A stretch of DNA of 64,000 nucleotides from Podospora anserina. Lineage: Eukaryota. Position numbers and translations under genes: made by a program. The notes beneath the pieces are model-generated. The model ran no database searches. It was not told the origin of the DNA and was given only the letters and a program-made list of their open reading frames with translations. This document shows, in pieces, positions 38,484 to 50,200 of the stretch; within the stretch, counting starts at the first letter, position 1, and each line of letters starts with the position of its first letter. Where the stretch lies: assembly GCA_017654855.1 (NCBI GenBank), contig CM030332.1, positions 6,448,001-6,512,000 on the forward strand, in the 5' to 3' direction.

Positions 38484-39602
38484 TTTGCATCTTTTAATAA
38501 CTTCTTTTTCTATATTCTCAAAGAAATCAGCGTTTTGTTTTCGTTGGACACCTGCTCTTACGTTTTGGTGAACTCCTGGTGGCATCAAAGCAGTCATCTG
38601 TAGGACACAGACCAATCCCATACCCGGCCAGGGGGGAATCTCAGGGGCAATCGTACTTTACTCAACATTCAGTCCACAATAGAAAGGTCTTTCATTAGGT
38701 ATGCATTGGTAGTAAACGTGTGGGAGGTAATACTCCTGCGGGATTGGGCAGCCAGGTTGCTCCAGGGCCTTGGCCCTGGGCCAACGCATCTGGGAAAGGA
38801 TAAGGAAAGGATTTTGCTCTCCGGAGTTGTTTGTTTGAGTACTTAATAATATCATCAACTATTACAAATCCTCGCTGCCGTACAACAAAACGTGTATGAA
38901 TACTTGATTCATTTGACTGTGTGACTGTTTGACCTCCATAACATCATGATTTCCGCAGATAAATAGCAGATGGGCATTAACTCAGTACTGGACTTTACAT
39001 GCAGCACATATTAAATCAAACTGTTAGCTCAGGAATCTCAACTGAATCGAAGCAAAGTTCATCTCTTTAAGCCAAATAGCTGAAGAGAGGGCTCAGCAGA
39101 CAGGTAGATTTGTTGATTGTAGGCTACCATTGGATCTCTGTACGGCACAGCCCGCATGGCAAGGTGTAAAGCAGGCACATCAAAATAGAGAAACTCGATA
39201 TCGTAAAGAGCTAGTCAATGGGAATTTACCCGCAGGTTGGTAGAATAACACTGGCTCGTGATGATTTATTCCCTAGTCCCAAACTTCGTTCAGTTCCCTA
39301 GTAGTCACCTGGGAGGGAACGGCAAATACCACGATGACGATGGGACCTTCCCAAACAAGAACCGAGTGGTGGCAAATAGGTATCTACTCCCAGAAACAGA
39401 ATCGCCAAAATTGTAGGTAAATTTAGAGAAAAGATACAGCCCAGTCCACCTAGGTAGGTACCTATCTGGGGTATTTATAATGAGGCAAACTCCATGGAAA
39501 AGAACACCTCCTTAATTTACATATATTATCATCCAGCTAGCTCTGATACTCTTTTCAGAGCGGAGTCTCGATATTACAGCACTACTCAAAAAGCTGCCCA
39601 TC

Positions 39603-40125
39603 ATGGTAAGAGCAACCTCTAATGGCCCTCTATGTAGAACGCTAACAAACCACTTCAACACCCCAGAAGATCACTCCGATCATAACCTTCCTCGCGGCCA
39701 TTACCCCTGGCACCATGTCCGCTCCGGCAACAAACAGAACCGCCGAGGGCATCAACGCACTCGAATTTCTCACCAAACGGCAAGCCGTCAGAGGCGACTG
39801 GACGTGCCAATTCTTCTTCGATGGTCCAGGCCATGACGCTCTCAGAGCCGATCACGCAGCCTTCAACAGACTGTTTGGCGGCCCTCGCCTTACCGCTCGT
39901 GGCGGACAGTGCTATGTTGGGAGGTGCAACGGACGCGACTTTGCGTGGTGCAACATTGCTTCAAACACACGTTCTGAGTACTCCAATCAGAGGAACCTCG
40001 TTGCGGATACAAACCCTTATAGCGGGATCAACTGCGTGTATGACTATATGCCTGCTTATGAGTACTACTGGTGGGGATGGGAGGGCGCTTTGCGGTTTGA
40101 TAACAGTGACATTCGCAGATGCTGA
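39603..40125 (+). CDS. Small secreted Cys-rich protein (~153 aa); ATG-only first exon 39603-39605, exon 2 39667-40125
   Basis: ATG^GTAAGA..GCTAAC..CAG^AAG gives MKITPIITFLAAITPGTMSAPA (signal-peptide-like), a pro-region ending LTKR, and a mature part with 6 Cys. Confidence 0.8.
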
Positions 40126-40245
40126 AGGATGGTCTGTGGTTGACTTGTAGCTGGTGTTGTTTTGATGCTGAGTAGCCTAGGTGCAACTTGCCGCCAGAGA
40201 AATGAAGACTCCCCCCTAAACCCATTAGCTCCCCTCAGGTATCCT

Positions 40246-42354
40246 TCATGTGCTTCTCGCATCCGTCAAACAGTCCGCCAACAACCCCCTCGCCTCCTTC
40301 TCCCCTATAACTCCCACCTTCGGCATCCCCTTACCCAACCCCCCCTGCCCCGGCCACTCCTCCATCTCCCGTTCAAACTCCGTCATCCTCCTCCAAACAG
40401 TATCTCCATCCGCCTTAGAAAATCCTAGATCCACCCGGTACAAAAACCCCTCCAAATCAACAATCTCCACATCTCTCTCCTTTATTTCCCAATCCTGATC
40501 AAGCTTTACCCCCCCAGGTTTGACCACCCTAACAAGCGCATACCTCACCCAAGCAGCCTTCAAATCCGGCATCCAACTCATCCCCTCCCCTTCCGGCCCT
40601 TTATTCCCGACATCAACATGTATCCCTCTCTCCACGATCACGTTCCAACTCTCCTCTGGTAGTTCCCTCACTTTTGGTGGGTCAGGAGTATAGAAAGGGA
40701 GAGGGTCAACCTCCACCCTTGTTTTCTGGTCGACGGTTAGGGTGGGAGGACAGCAGGCGAAGCCCCATAGGGAAGTGCGACTATGGTGTTGTATATCGGT
40801 GGAGGTGAGCAAAGAGCGGAGATACATCAACAACCCAGCCGCAAACTTTTCAGGGGTGAGGAGGAGTGGGTTGAGGAAGTGGACTTGGGAAATGGGGGGT
40901 TGGCGGGGATGGTGTTGGGTTCGTTGGCGGAGGAAAAGATATTGGAGAGGATAGGGTGAATGAAGCCATGGGCGAGATACAACAGGGAGGAAAGGTTCGC
41001 CGATGAAAGGGGAGGAGTAAAGGCCGGAAATGTGTAATTTCTTAAAATGGGCTAGGGGTTTGCCTGGGTGGGTGGCGAGGGCGGAAAGGAAGGTCCTGTT
41101 GGGGGTGTCGGAAGTGCGGGTGGGTGATTGGAGAAGGTAGAGAGATTTGAGGGTTGGTCTTGTGAGGAGGGCGTCGATGATGGTGGTTGAGCTGTCGTGA
41201 AGGGTGTCAACGTTGAGACTGAGGGATACAGGTGGCGCCGGGGTGGTTTCGAGAGCAGCGATGACAGAGAGGGAGGAGAGCTTGTTAAAAGATACTAGAT
41301 CGAGATGTAGTTCGTTGGTAAAGGCAAGTCCGAGTAGTTGGCCTGTTTTGGGTAAGTGGCCTATGTCTTGGGAGCGCTTCTGTAGGTGTTGGCGAAGTAT
41401 AAACTTGGTGTGCGCTGTTCCGGTAAGTTGGGTAAGAAGAGTCTCGGATATTATATCAAGGTTTTGACTTTCAAGCAAAGCGTCGATGAGAGCGGTCAAC
41501 TCAGCGTCTTTCTCGGCCGGAAATAGGGAAAGGGCAGGCAAGACAGCGGTGGTCAGCGGCCATATCAGGTCCAAGACTGTCGGATCAATAAGTTCAACTT
41601 CGTCGAGCTTCTTCACCAGGTCATCGCAAGCCTCGTACTCAAATTTAGTCAGATACCCAGCGGCGGAAAGGGGTTCGCGTGTCCTATTTTCTTCTAGACG
41701 AAGCTCGCGCGGCCCTGAAGGGTCACTGTCTCCCCAGTCGTTGTATTCATCCACTTCTCGAGGGCGTTCTGATACGTGAATCATTACGGTTGACCGAAAG
41801 GCAATGATCCCATACCGGATTGCGTTCAACTCAGTGATGTCCACCACAGCCATCGCATACTCCATGTTTGTGTTGCTAAACATAGTACCCAGTGGTGCAG
41901 GCAGGACAGACAAGCCTACTCCGCGTTCCCTGTCAAAAGCCACGCCGAGCACAAGACATGTCGAGATAAACGGGAACTCGCGCACACCGCATTCCCACTG
42001 CGGAGAAATGGACTGCCTCATCCATGTTGGTGTGTTGGAGAGCTCTGTTCGATGCAGCCCATTTCTGGGATCTTGGTAGAACTGGGCGGCGAGCGAGAGT
42101 TCAGACTGGATACCGATGTGGTTCGATGGGTCAGAAAAGACAGTGACAGCACCCAGAATGGCTGAAAGGACATCTCTGCCTTGAACGGCATCCAAATCTA
42201 CTAGGCCGCCTTCGCGTTTGACGACTGCCAGAGGATAGTGTTGGCCTGTGCCGTTGAGGCCGAGTTTTGCGACGATGTAGACGACCAACGCATCTGGTGC
42301 TGCTGGCGTCTGGCTGTTGGCTTTCACCCAGTACGGTGTGAAGTTGGATGACAT
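40246..42354 (-). CDS. 702-aa uncharacterised intracellular protein; possible LRR-like middle region
   Basis: Long single-exon ORF with no signal peptide. Blocks FPFISTCLVLG and AVVDITELNAIRYG look conserved; LHLDLVSF..LSLNV..LKSLYLLQ spacing is LRR-like. Confidence 0.8.
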   Translation of the reverse strand: MSSNFTPYWVKANSQTPAAPDALVVYIVAKLGLNGTGQHYPLAVVKREGGLVDLDAVQGRDVLSAILGAVTVFSDPSNHIGIQSELSLAAQFYQDPRNGLHRTELSNTPTWMRQSISPQWECGVREFPFISTCLVLGVAFDRERGVGLSVLPAPLGTMFSNTNMEYAMAVVDITELNAIRYGIIAFRSTVMIHVSERPREVDEYNDWGDSDPSGPRELRLEENRTREPLSAAGYLTKFEYEACDDLVKKLDEVELIDPTVLDLIWPLTTAVLPALSLFPAEKDAELTALIDALLESQNLDIISETLLTQLTGTAHTKFILRQHLQKRSQDIGHLPKTGQLLGLAFTNELHLDLVSFNKLSSLSVIAALETTPAPPVSLSLNVDTLHDSSTTIIDALLTRPTLKSLYLLQSPTRTSDTPNRTFLSALATHPGKPLAHFKKLHISGLYSSPFIGEPFLPVVSRPWLHSPYPLQYLFLRQRTQHHPRQPPISQVHFLNPLLLTPEKFAAGLLMYLRSLLTSTDIQHHSRTSLWGFACCPPTLTVDQKTRVEVDPLPFYTPDPPKVRELPEESWNVIVERGIHVDVGNKGPEGEGMSWMPDLKAAWVRYALVRVVKPGGVKLDQDWEIKERDVEIVDLEGFLYRVDLGFSKADGDTVWRRMTEFEREMEEWPGQGGLGKGMPKVGVIGEKEARGLLADCLTDARST

Positions 42355-42664
42355 GGTCGATAACGCAGCAGTTTCATAAACACTTGCAAGGTAAATAGTG
42401 CAGACACACTATTTCGGGCTGATGAAATCGTGGGGTATTGAAGTGGGCGTCACATGAGCAGTCGTTGGTTGTTGGCAAACAAACTGCACAAGGAAGGCGC
42501 GAAACAAACATGGAATTTTATCAAGCAAGGTAAGGTACAAAAAAGCAGCAGCGCCTGAGTCGAATGAGTCGAAAGGCAGAAATACACAAAAAAGCCCTGA
42601 TTTTCCTCGTCCGTTCATCCTCTTCGTCACCACCACTGATACACTGGCAATACAGCCTCCTTCC

Positions 42665-43237
42665 TCACTGGCCGCTCGACACAACCTTGATGACGATTCC
42701 GGTGGGCGTGTAACGATTGCTGACATAGGCAGTCGAATTATACATGGGGTTGGTTCTGTTAACCCTGACACCCAGCGAGCCACCGTCAGACAAGCACCCA
42801 ATAATGGCTTTCGCCTTTTGAGCATCCGTCGCTCCCACGCCGCCGTCGATCGTGGTGGCGACATCTTCGAAAAGGACGGCCGAATTGGCCGTATCGTTGA
42901 GGTGCTTGGCCGTGACCATGACGGAGCCACGTTGGTAAAGCGTCCATTCGTCACAAGTGCCGAGCTCAGCCGGGCCCATTGTCAAGAGCCGGCCAGCGCG
43001 GACCTGCCGACCATACGAGCGGAGGTAGGAGGCGACATATTTGATATCGTCTTCTGACACCTCTTGAGGGATGCCGCCGTTTTCCTCGGTGTAGCAGTAG
43101 AGGTTGGTGGTTTCACCTTCGTAGCAGACACGCCGATGAAGAGTTGGCTTGTTGCTGGGTGGGAGGGAGGCTACCATGGTGCCGCTGGCAGTGAGAAGAG
43201 CCAGGCTCAACTTAAGAAGAGTGGTGACAGTGAACAT
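42665..43237 (-). CDS. Small secreted protein (~190 aa, 4 Cys) with a dibasic HRR processing site
   Basis: ATG at 43237 gives MFTVTTLLKLSLALLTASGTMVAS (signal peptide), then PTLHRR^VCY; strong coding-like codon usage. Confidence 0.85.
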   Translation of the reverse strand: MFTVTTLLKLSLALLTASGTMVASLPPSNKPTLHRRVCYEGETTNLYCYTEENGGIPQEVSEDDIKYVASYLRSYGRQVRAGRLLTMGPAELGTCDEWTLYQRGSVMVTAKHLNDTANSAVLFEDVATTIDGGVGATDAQKAKAIIGCLSDGGSLGVRVNRTNPMYNSTAYVSNRYTPTGIVIKVVSSGQ

Positions 43238-44273
43238 TGTCGTGATTGAGGAGACAGTACTAAGCACAATAGCGAGTGTTTGGAAGGTGATGAGGTGGAT
43301 AGGATGATTCGAGTGCTTCAATGGCGCTTCTTCACGGTCATCTTATACCCACTCATTCACCAGTCAAATCACCATATAAGGTAACCCAGCACAAGTACAT
43401 TGTAATAAGGGAGGGTAATTTCTGCCTTGAGTGTTCTCTAATCGGTTCGAGCCATCAACGAGGCCATCGTCAATTTGCCATGACCTCCTGGGTGCCTGTT
43501 GCCACTCGGATCTTCCACCTAAAAGAGACTCTATTTTCAAGCGTTGGTCATTCATTCTAGTTATTTACGAGCTGTTGGGACATGGTTAAGTTCAAGATTT
43601 CAGCCCCGAATAAAATCCTATCAAATTGGTTTCCATACTAGGTGGGTTCTTTAGTCTTTCTGGAGGTCATCCATGCATGGACAGCTGCGGTCGTCTTGAC
43701 GCAGGAACATGGCGCAGACGGCCAGTATGTGAGGCCAACAAAAAGAGGCCCATAGTTTCGTCCGAACTTCAGAAATTGTAGTTGAATCAAGCATTGTAGA
43801 TTGCTTGGAAGATCTATTCACCTACCGGGTATATGACTACGGTCAGGTGGCCAGGCCGTTGGTAGCCCAGGGCATGAAGCAGCAATTTGCCACAACAACT
43901 GATAATGACGGTTAGATGGACTTTTTTGAAGTTGGTGATGGTCTGAGAAGCCATTGGGTGATAGACTCAACTGAATCTAGGGCGCCATTGGGCCAGAATA
44001 CGTTCAAGGCAAGCCATCTCATCTAGCCACGAAAGATGTATACCGAATCAGTATACACCGGCCGAAGACCTTGTGGCAGGATCATGATAGCCCAAGGCAG
44101 TTTCTTGTGAGGTCGTGATGGTGCTAACCATTATTTGGCCTGGGAAGAGTTGAGCGTCAAGATATCCCATTGCGTGCCACTTATAAGGAGCTCTTGTCCC
44201 TATACGATGATGTTGTGGAGTCTTCTTGGTCACCGCAACTCTCTTCACCTGTCACTCCTTTACAACGGTGAAG

Positions 44274-47200
44274 ATGCTGCTCTGCACGCTCTTTTCTCTG
44301 TTTCTTTACTTCAGATGTCTGAAAGCAGAATGGACCTATGCGGATCCAGAACGCTTTCCACATGTACCTGAATACGGACCCCAGGTGAGGGCTACCATTC
44401 TTGACAGTTTTGAAGCCTCTGACTAACCACTTCAGGCCAACTTTCCTTATATGGTTGACAACCAAAAGAACTATTATGGAGTAGCACCAGACAAGGGCAA
44501 ACAAAATGGCCCAGTCTGGAGATACAGCGAGAGCTTTGCCAAATACATGTCCAACCTCCGAGCCAACAAAGTCATTCGAGGTGGTTATGGTAAAGGACTA
44601 ACACCCGGAGCCGGGGACCGCCCTCAAAATCACCTCAATGGCACTCTAGGTTCAAATAGCACCCTATATCTCAACAACACCCGGACTCTGTTGAGCCGTG
44701 GCTCGGCCCCACTTCACAAGCGGGCTTCCGATTACTGGCTTACCACACTTGGTCCCTTGGGAATACAACCGCATGCTGGCGGAAGCAACTACAAGTTCTA
44801 CCGTGATGTTGTTGCTGATTACGGTGCTGACAACACTGGTGAGAGCGATGCTTCAGAGGCCATAAATGCCGCCGTAGAGGATGGCAACCGCTGTGGGCTG
44901 GAGTGTGGCAACACTTTCACTCAGGGAGCCATCATCTACTTTCCCGTGAGTACCTCGACTTCACCACTGATATCAGAAGATGGGAGACTGACACAACACA
45001 GCCGGGCACGTACAAAATCTGCAGCCCCGTTGTCCAGCTATACTACTCACAGTTCATTGGTGATCCGCACGATCCACCAACCATCAAGGGATGCAGGTCG
45101 TTCAAAGGAATTGCCCTCTTCGATGCTGATCCGTATATTCCCGGAGGGTATGTTGATATCTTTGACTCTTCGCTCCCAGCACATGAACTGACCGCCATAT
45201 AGGGGCGGCCAAAACTGGTACATCAACCAAAACCAATTCTTCCGTCAGATCCGGAACTTCATCTTTGACCTGACGGAGATGCCCATCTCCACGGCCGACA
45301 ATGACCAGCCCCTGGTTCCCACTGGTATTCATTGGCAGGTGTCGCAGGCAACTTCGTTGGAGAACTTGGTCTTCAACATGCCCAAAGCCACGGATGATGA
45401 AACGACAACTGCCGTGGGAATCTTTACCGAGAACGGGTCTGGTGGTTTTGTTGCTGATCTGGTATGTTTCGTTTGCAATGATTTCGGGGTGACAAAGCTG
45501 ACACCACTTTTTTAGACCTTCAATGGAGGAGCTATTGGTTGGCGTGCTGGGTCTCAGCAATACACGGCACGCAACCTGAAGTTTAACGGCTGCCTGACAG
45601 CCGTTCAGATGATTTGGGATTGGGGGTTTAACTGGCAAGGGGTAAGGCTCCCTCCTTTCTCAAGGCTCATTCCAGACATTCTCCAACTAACATTGCCCAC
45701 CTCAGATTGAAGTCAAAGACAGCGCCATTGCCTTCAACATCAGCGGCCGTGGAGGAGCCACAGGACAAGGCATTGGCTCCATCTCGGTAATCGATTCCTC
45801 CATTACCAACACTCCAATCGGCATCCTGACAAACTCCCACGAACAATCCCCCAACATCGTTCTCGATAATGTCAAGATCTCCAACGTCGCCCAAGTCGTT
45901 CAAGTGGACAACGGTCCCTCCCTTCTCTCCGGCACATCTGACACCGCAACCATTGACCTCTGGGCCCACGGCCGTCGCTACAATGGGGACAAGGGGTCAT
46001 CCGAGACCGGACCCGTGAAAGCCCCTTCTAAAGCCGCCGGGTTGTTGGGAGACGACAAGAAGCTGTTCACCAAGTCTCGCCCTCGATACGCCGACTTTAG
46101 CCCCGAAAACTTCCTTGTTGCTACCAAAGAAGGCATCAAGAACGATGGCACCGGCGATCAGACCCTCGCTATCAACGCCTTCTTGCTCAAAGCCAAGGCC
46201 AACAGCCAGATTGCCTATTTCCCGGCAGGTATTTACCAGGTGGGCGGGACAGTGTTTATCCCCACGGGCAGCAGAGTGGTTGGTTCCAGTTGGTCGCAGA
46301 TACAAGGGAGCGGGTTTTACTTTGCTGATATGAACGCCCCGCGGGTGATGGTTAGGGTTGGAAACAGGGGAGACTTGGGAACGATGGAGATTACGGACAT
46401 GCTGTTCACGGTCAAGGGGGCGACGGCGGGTGCAATTTTGGTGGAATGGAATGTTGCTGGGGATGAGCAAGGAGCTGGTGAGGATTCCTCCTTTTCTACC
46501 TGGCGATGTCCGTACTAATCTAAACTTGGTATGCTGATAGCTGGCATGTGGGATTCGCATGTGCGTGTGGGAGGCGGCATAGGGACTGACCTTGACATCG
46601 ACAACTGTCCCAAGGGTGGTTTCAACGATCAATGCATATGCGCGTCTATGCTCCTCCATGTGACTGCACAGGCCTCGGGGTACTTTGAGAACGTCTGGGT
46701 TTGGGTAGCAGACCAGTGAGTACTGATCTATTTTCGGATGGACACTTCAAGACTAACCGACGTGCAGTGACAATGACATGGTTGTCTATGACTCTCCTGA
46801 CAAGCTCATCAACCAGATCAGTCTTTATGCCGCGAGATGTACCTTGATTGAGTCCCAAGAGCCGACATGGTTCTATGGCACTGGATCAGAACACTGCGTC
46901 ATGTATCAGTACCAGTTGAACAAGGCGAAGAACGTCTACCTCGGCCATATTCAATCGGAGACGCCTTACTATCAGCCCAACCCTGTGGCACCTTACCCAT
47001 TCGATGGCGCGAGGCCCATGGCGGCAGACCCGTCGTTTTTGGAATGCACCACGGACAGCTGTAAAGCTGGCTGGGGTCTGCGCATCATTGACTCGGAGAA
47101 CATCACTATTCACGGGTCTGGGTTGTACAGCTTCTTCCAGGACTACTATCAGGACTGTCTCGAGACGTTTGACTGCCAGGACAAGATTCTGGAAGTCAAA

Positions 47201-50200
47201 GGATCGAAAAATGTGGCCATCTTCAACCTCTTCACTGTAGGGACGGTCAATATTGCCTCGGGTATTGAGTGAGTCTGTTGGACCTGATGTTGCGGTCGAG
47301 CTTCATACTGATGCCACTCACCTAGCGACACGAATATCTTTAGGAATGAATCTAACCAACGGTAAGTCAAATTCGTCGGCTACCCAACAAGAAGGAAATA
47401 TCAGCAGGCTAACAAGAGATAGCGGTTTCACCACCGAGGTCAGTGTTTGGCTTCCCTTGGACGGCTCTGACAATATCAGTGTTGTATATGTCGGTCCGGA
47501 GATCTGGGACAGACCAACGGCTGCCTGCTCGCCGCCTTGCGTTCTCGTATTACCCACGAGCACCCTGGGCCAAGACACCACCATATCTCCGTCTGAATAC
47601 ACCACATCGCTGGAATACGGTCGCCAGGGCTCTTCAACCGGCCCCGGGGGACAGGTTATCACGACTTTTTATACCACTACAACCACCATTACTATCACTG
47701 TACCGCCCATTACCATCCCGAAAAATAGTGGCCTGCCTTACTCCAATGTCAACGTCACGCGAGGGCAGGGCGGAGGCGGCTTCATAGCGACCCCCAGAGT
47801 TGAGATCCCGCCCATTGGAGTTCCTCTCCCTGATGGCAATGGCGGCACCACCACCCGTCAAGTATTCCTTCCGCCCTGGCCTGATGTCAACCGCGGTCCG
47901 CCAGAGGACTGGGAGTATGATGGACCATGGGGTAATCCTAGCCCTATCCCGAGTGGCGGCGTCGGCCAGGCTTTCCACACCCCGTGGTCGACGATGGTAA
48001 CGGCCTCCGCGGCTACGGTCACGACCTTGACATTTCCGGCCATTGTACACCCACAGACATACCAGTGTCCTCCGTCAAGCGAGATATCCTTCAACACACC
48101 TCGCATGACTCTCACGGTAGACTGTCCTACTCCGACAGAGTTCAAGTTTGGGTTCTCGTGCCCAACAACAAAGGTGGTGACGTTTCTGGGACCGTCTGCG
48201 GGTGTGTTTACAGTTGACTGCACTGTATCATCAGTTTGGGACTTTCCTCGATTCCCGGAGCCAACACCTGGCCCTTCGGAATCAACAACCAGTGACGAGC
48301 CTCTCCCAGTGTGGACTACGTGGCCGCCTGGAGAGATCACGCCCGTGGAGAGAGAAGTCGAAGAGTCAGAGCCCGAGGATGACGGTACTTTCACATCTTG
48401 CAAGCTTTGGTTTTTCTTTTTCTGCATTCGCTGGGATAATATCAAGATTGGGGGGTGGAAGTGGACGTTGCCGCCTGGTATCTATCCTCCGTAAGTTGCT
48501 TCTTCATATCGAATCTCTAGACGAGATCTGAGAACTAACATGGCAAAACAGAGGGCCTCCGCCGCCCTTCATAAAGTTTCCCTTCAAGGTTGAAGGCACA
48601 CTGCCGCCATGGCCAGAAATCACCATTGGCCGTGACAGGAAACTTACATACTCCAACGAACCTACGAGCTGCACCACCAAGTCGGCATCGCTCTGCACTA
48701 CAACAACCATCTTCTCTGTGACCAAGATTGCAGAAGACTCAACCCGGACAACAGCAACCGCCACCTCGCGACAGTGCGAGACGGTCAGGGGCTGCGATGT
48801 GACGGACCAGAACACGAGGACTGTGTCGACTGCGATAGAGTCGTGCACGCCAAAGCCGAGAGTAAAAGCCCGAGACGGCGATGATCCCAGTCTTTTGAAC
48901 CCACGACAGAACGGCAACGGCAATAGCTGCGGCAAGAATGCCATTGTGTATCCCAAGGATCCCAAGAGCGCGGGCGATATTCCGTCCTTGCTCAGCGCGT
49001 ATGCCGGAAAATACGAGACGATCGGCGTCCCGGAGTTGAACATTGTCGGTTACTGGTGGGTGCCTCTGTTAGACGAGGAGACCATGAAGAGGTTGAAGAG
49101 TTCACCCTTTGTGAACGACGCCTACTATTACCAAGACTGGAACAATGCTGGCAATGGGCCAGACAGGTCAGGGAATATCAACGGTGAGATGGCGCTACCC
49201 GCTCATTCCGAGGGTATTACTCACGATGATGACGGTTGGACGTCGCTCGCGTCTCCTCTGTTCAAAAGAGCCCGCACGACTACGGCCACGAATTTTTGGG
49301 CGTCATCTATCGTGTCGCTCCCCAAAGGCTGGAACTGGCGAGAAGCGGGTACAGATTCATACGACTACAGCAATCTTGCCAATCCCTATCTGTATCAGTG
49401 GGATGACCAAGGAGGAAGCACGGAACACACCATCTACGTGACGGGCGAGGCGAGGGTGTGGACCGATCATCCCGAGTTCAAGGCATCCGAGGGATTTCAG
49501 GGTGAACTCGATATCGTGCTTCCAGGAGGCAAATACGACGTCGAAAACGACAAGGCAGATGCCTTTCATGGCACCTGTGTCGCTGCATATGCCATCGGAG
49601 CGAAGCTGGGTATCTGCAAGAAGTGTCGAGGTGTTTGGTTCGAGACGAAGCTATGGTCTACCGATGACCCCTATTTCAACCCGAACTTTGTACGCGAGCG
49701 CGGCATTGCCCATCTGATGGCCGCGTTTCGAGATATTCATCTCAGGGGAAACGCAAAGAAGGCAGTCATCAACATGTCGTGGTCGTACCCTCCGGGGAGG
49801 GCCATTCCGGCCACCCTCCAATCTACCCACTGGGTCTTGACCGAACTGGACAAAATGGGTGTTGTGCTTGTGGCTTCATCGGGTAACCACGCACACGATG
49901 AGGGCAGGGAAATCAGCCGGTTTCCAGCTCGCTTCGCCAGTTCAGACAAGAAAAGAAACCCTTACGGAGAGATAAAGAACCTCATTGTGGTCGGTGCCAC
50001 TCAAAACATCGGTATCGAATACACCAGGGGCCAGACATCCAATTACATGACCACCTTCGCCCCGGGCGAAAACGTCCCATGCACCAGCGACCCCAACGCC
50101 GCAGGCGACAAGTATTCCAGAAATATGGCGTCTGGCACCTCAGCAGCAGCGCCTCAGGTTGCGGGTTTGGCGGCCTACTGGCGCTCTCTTCCGTCTAAGT

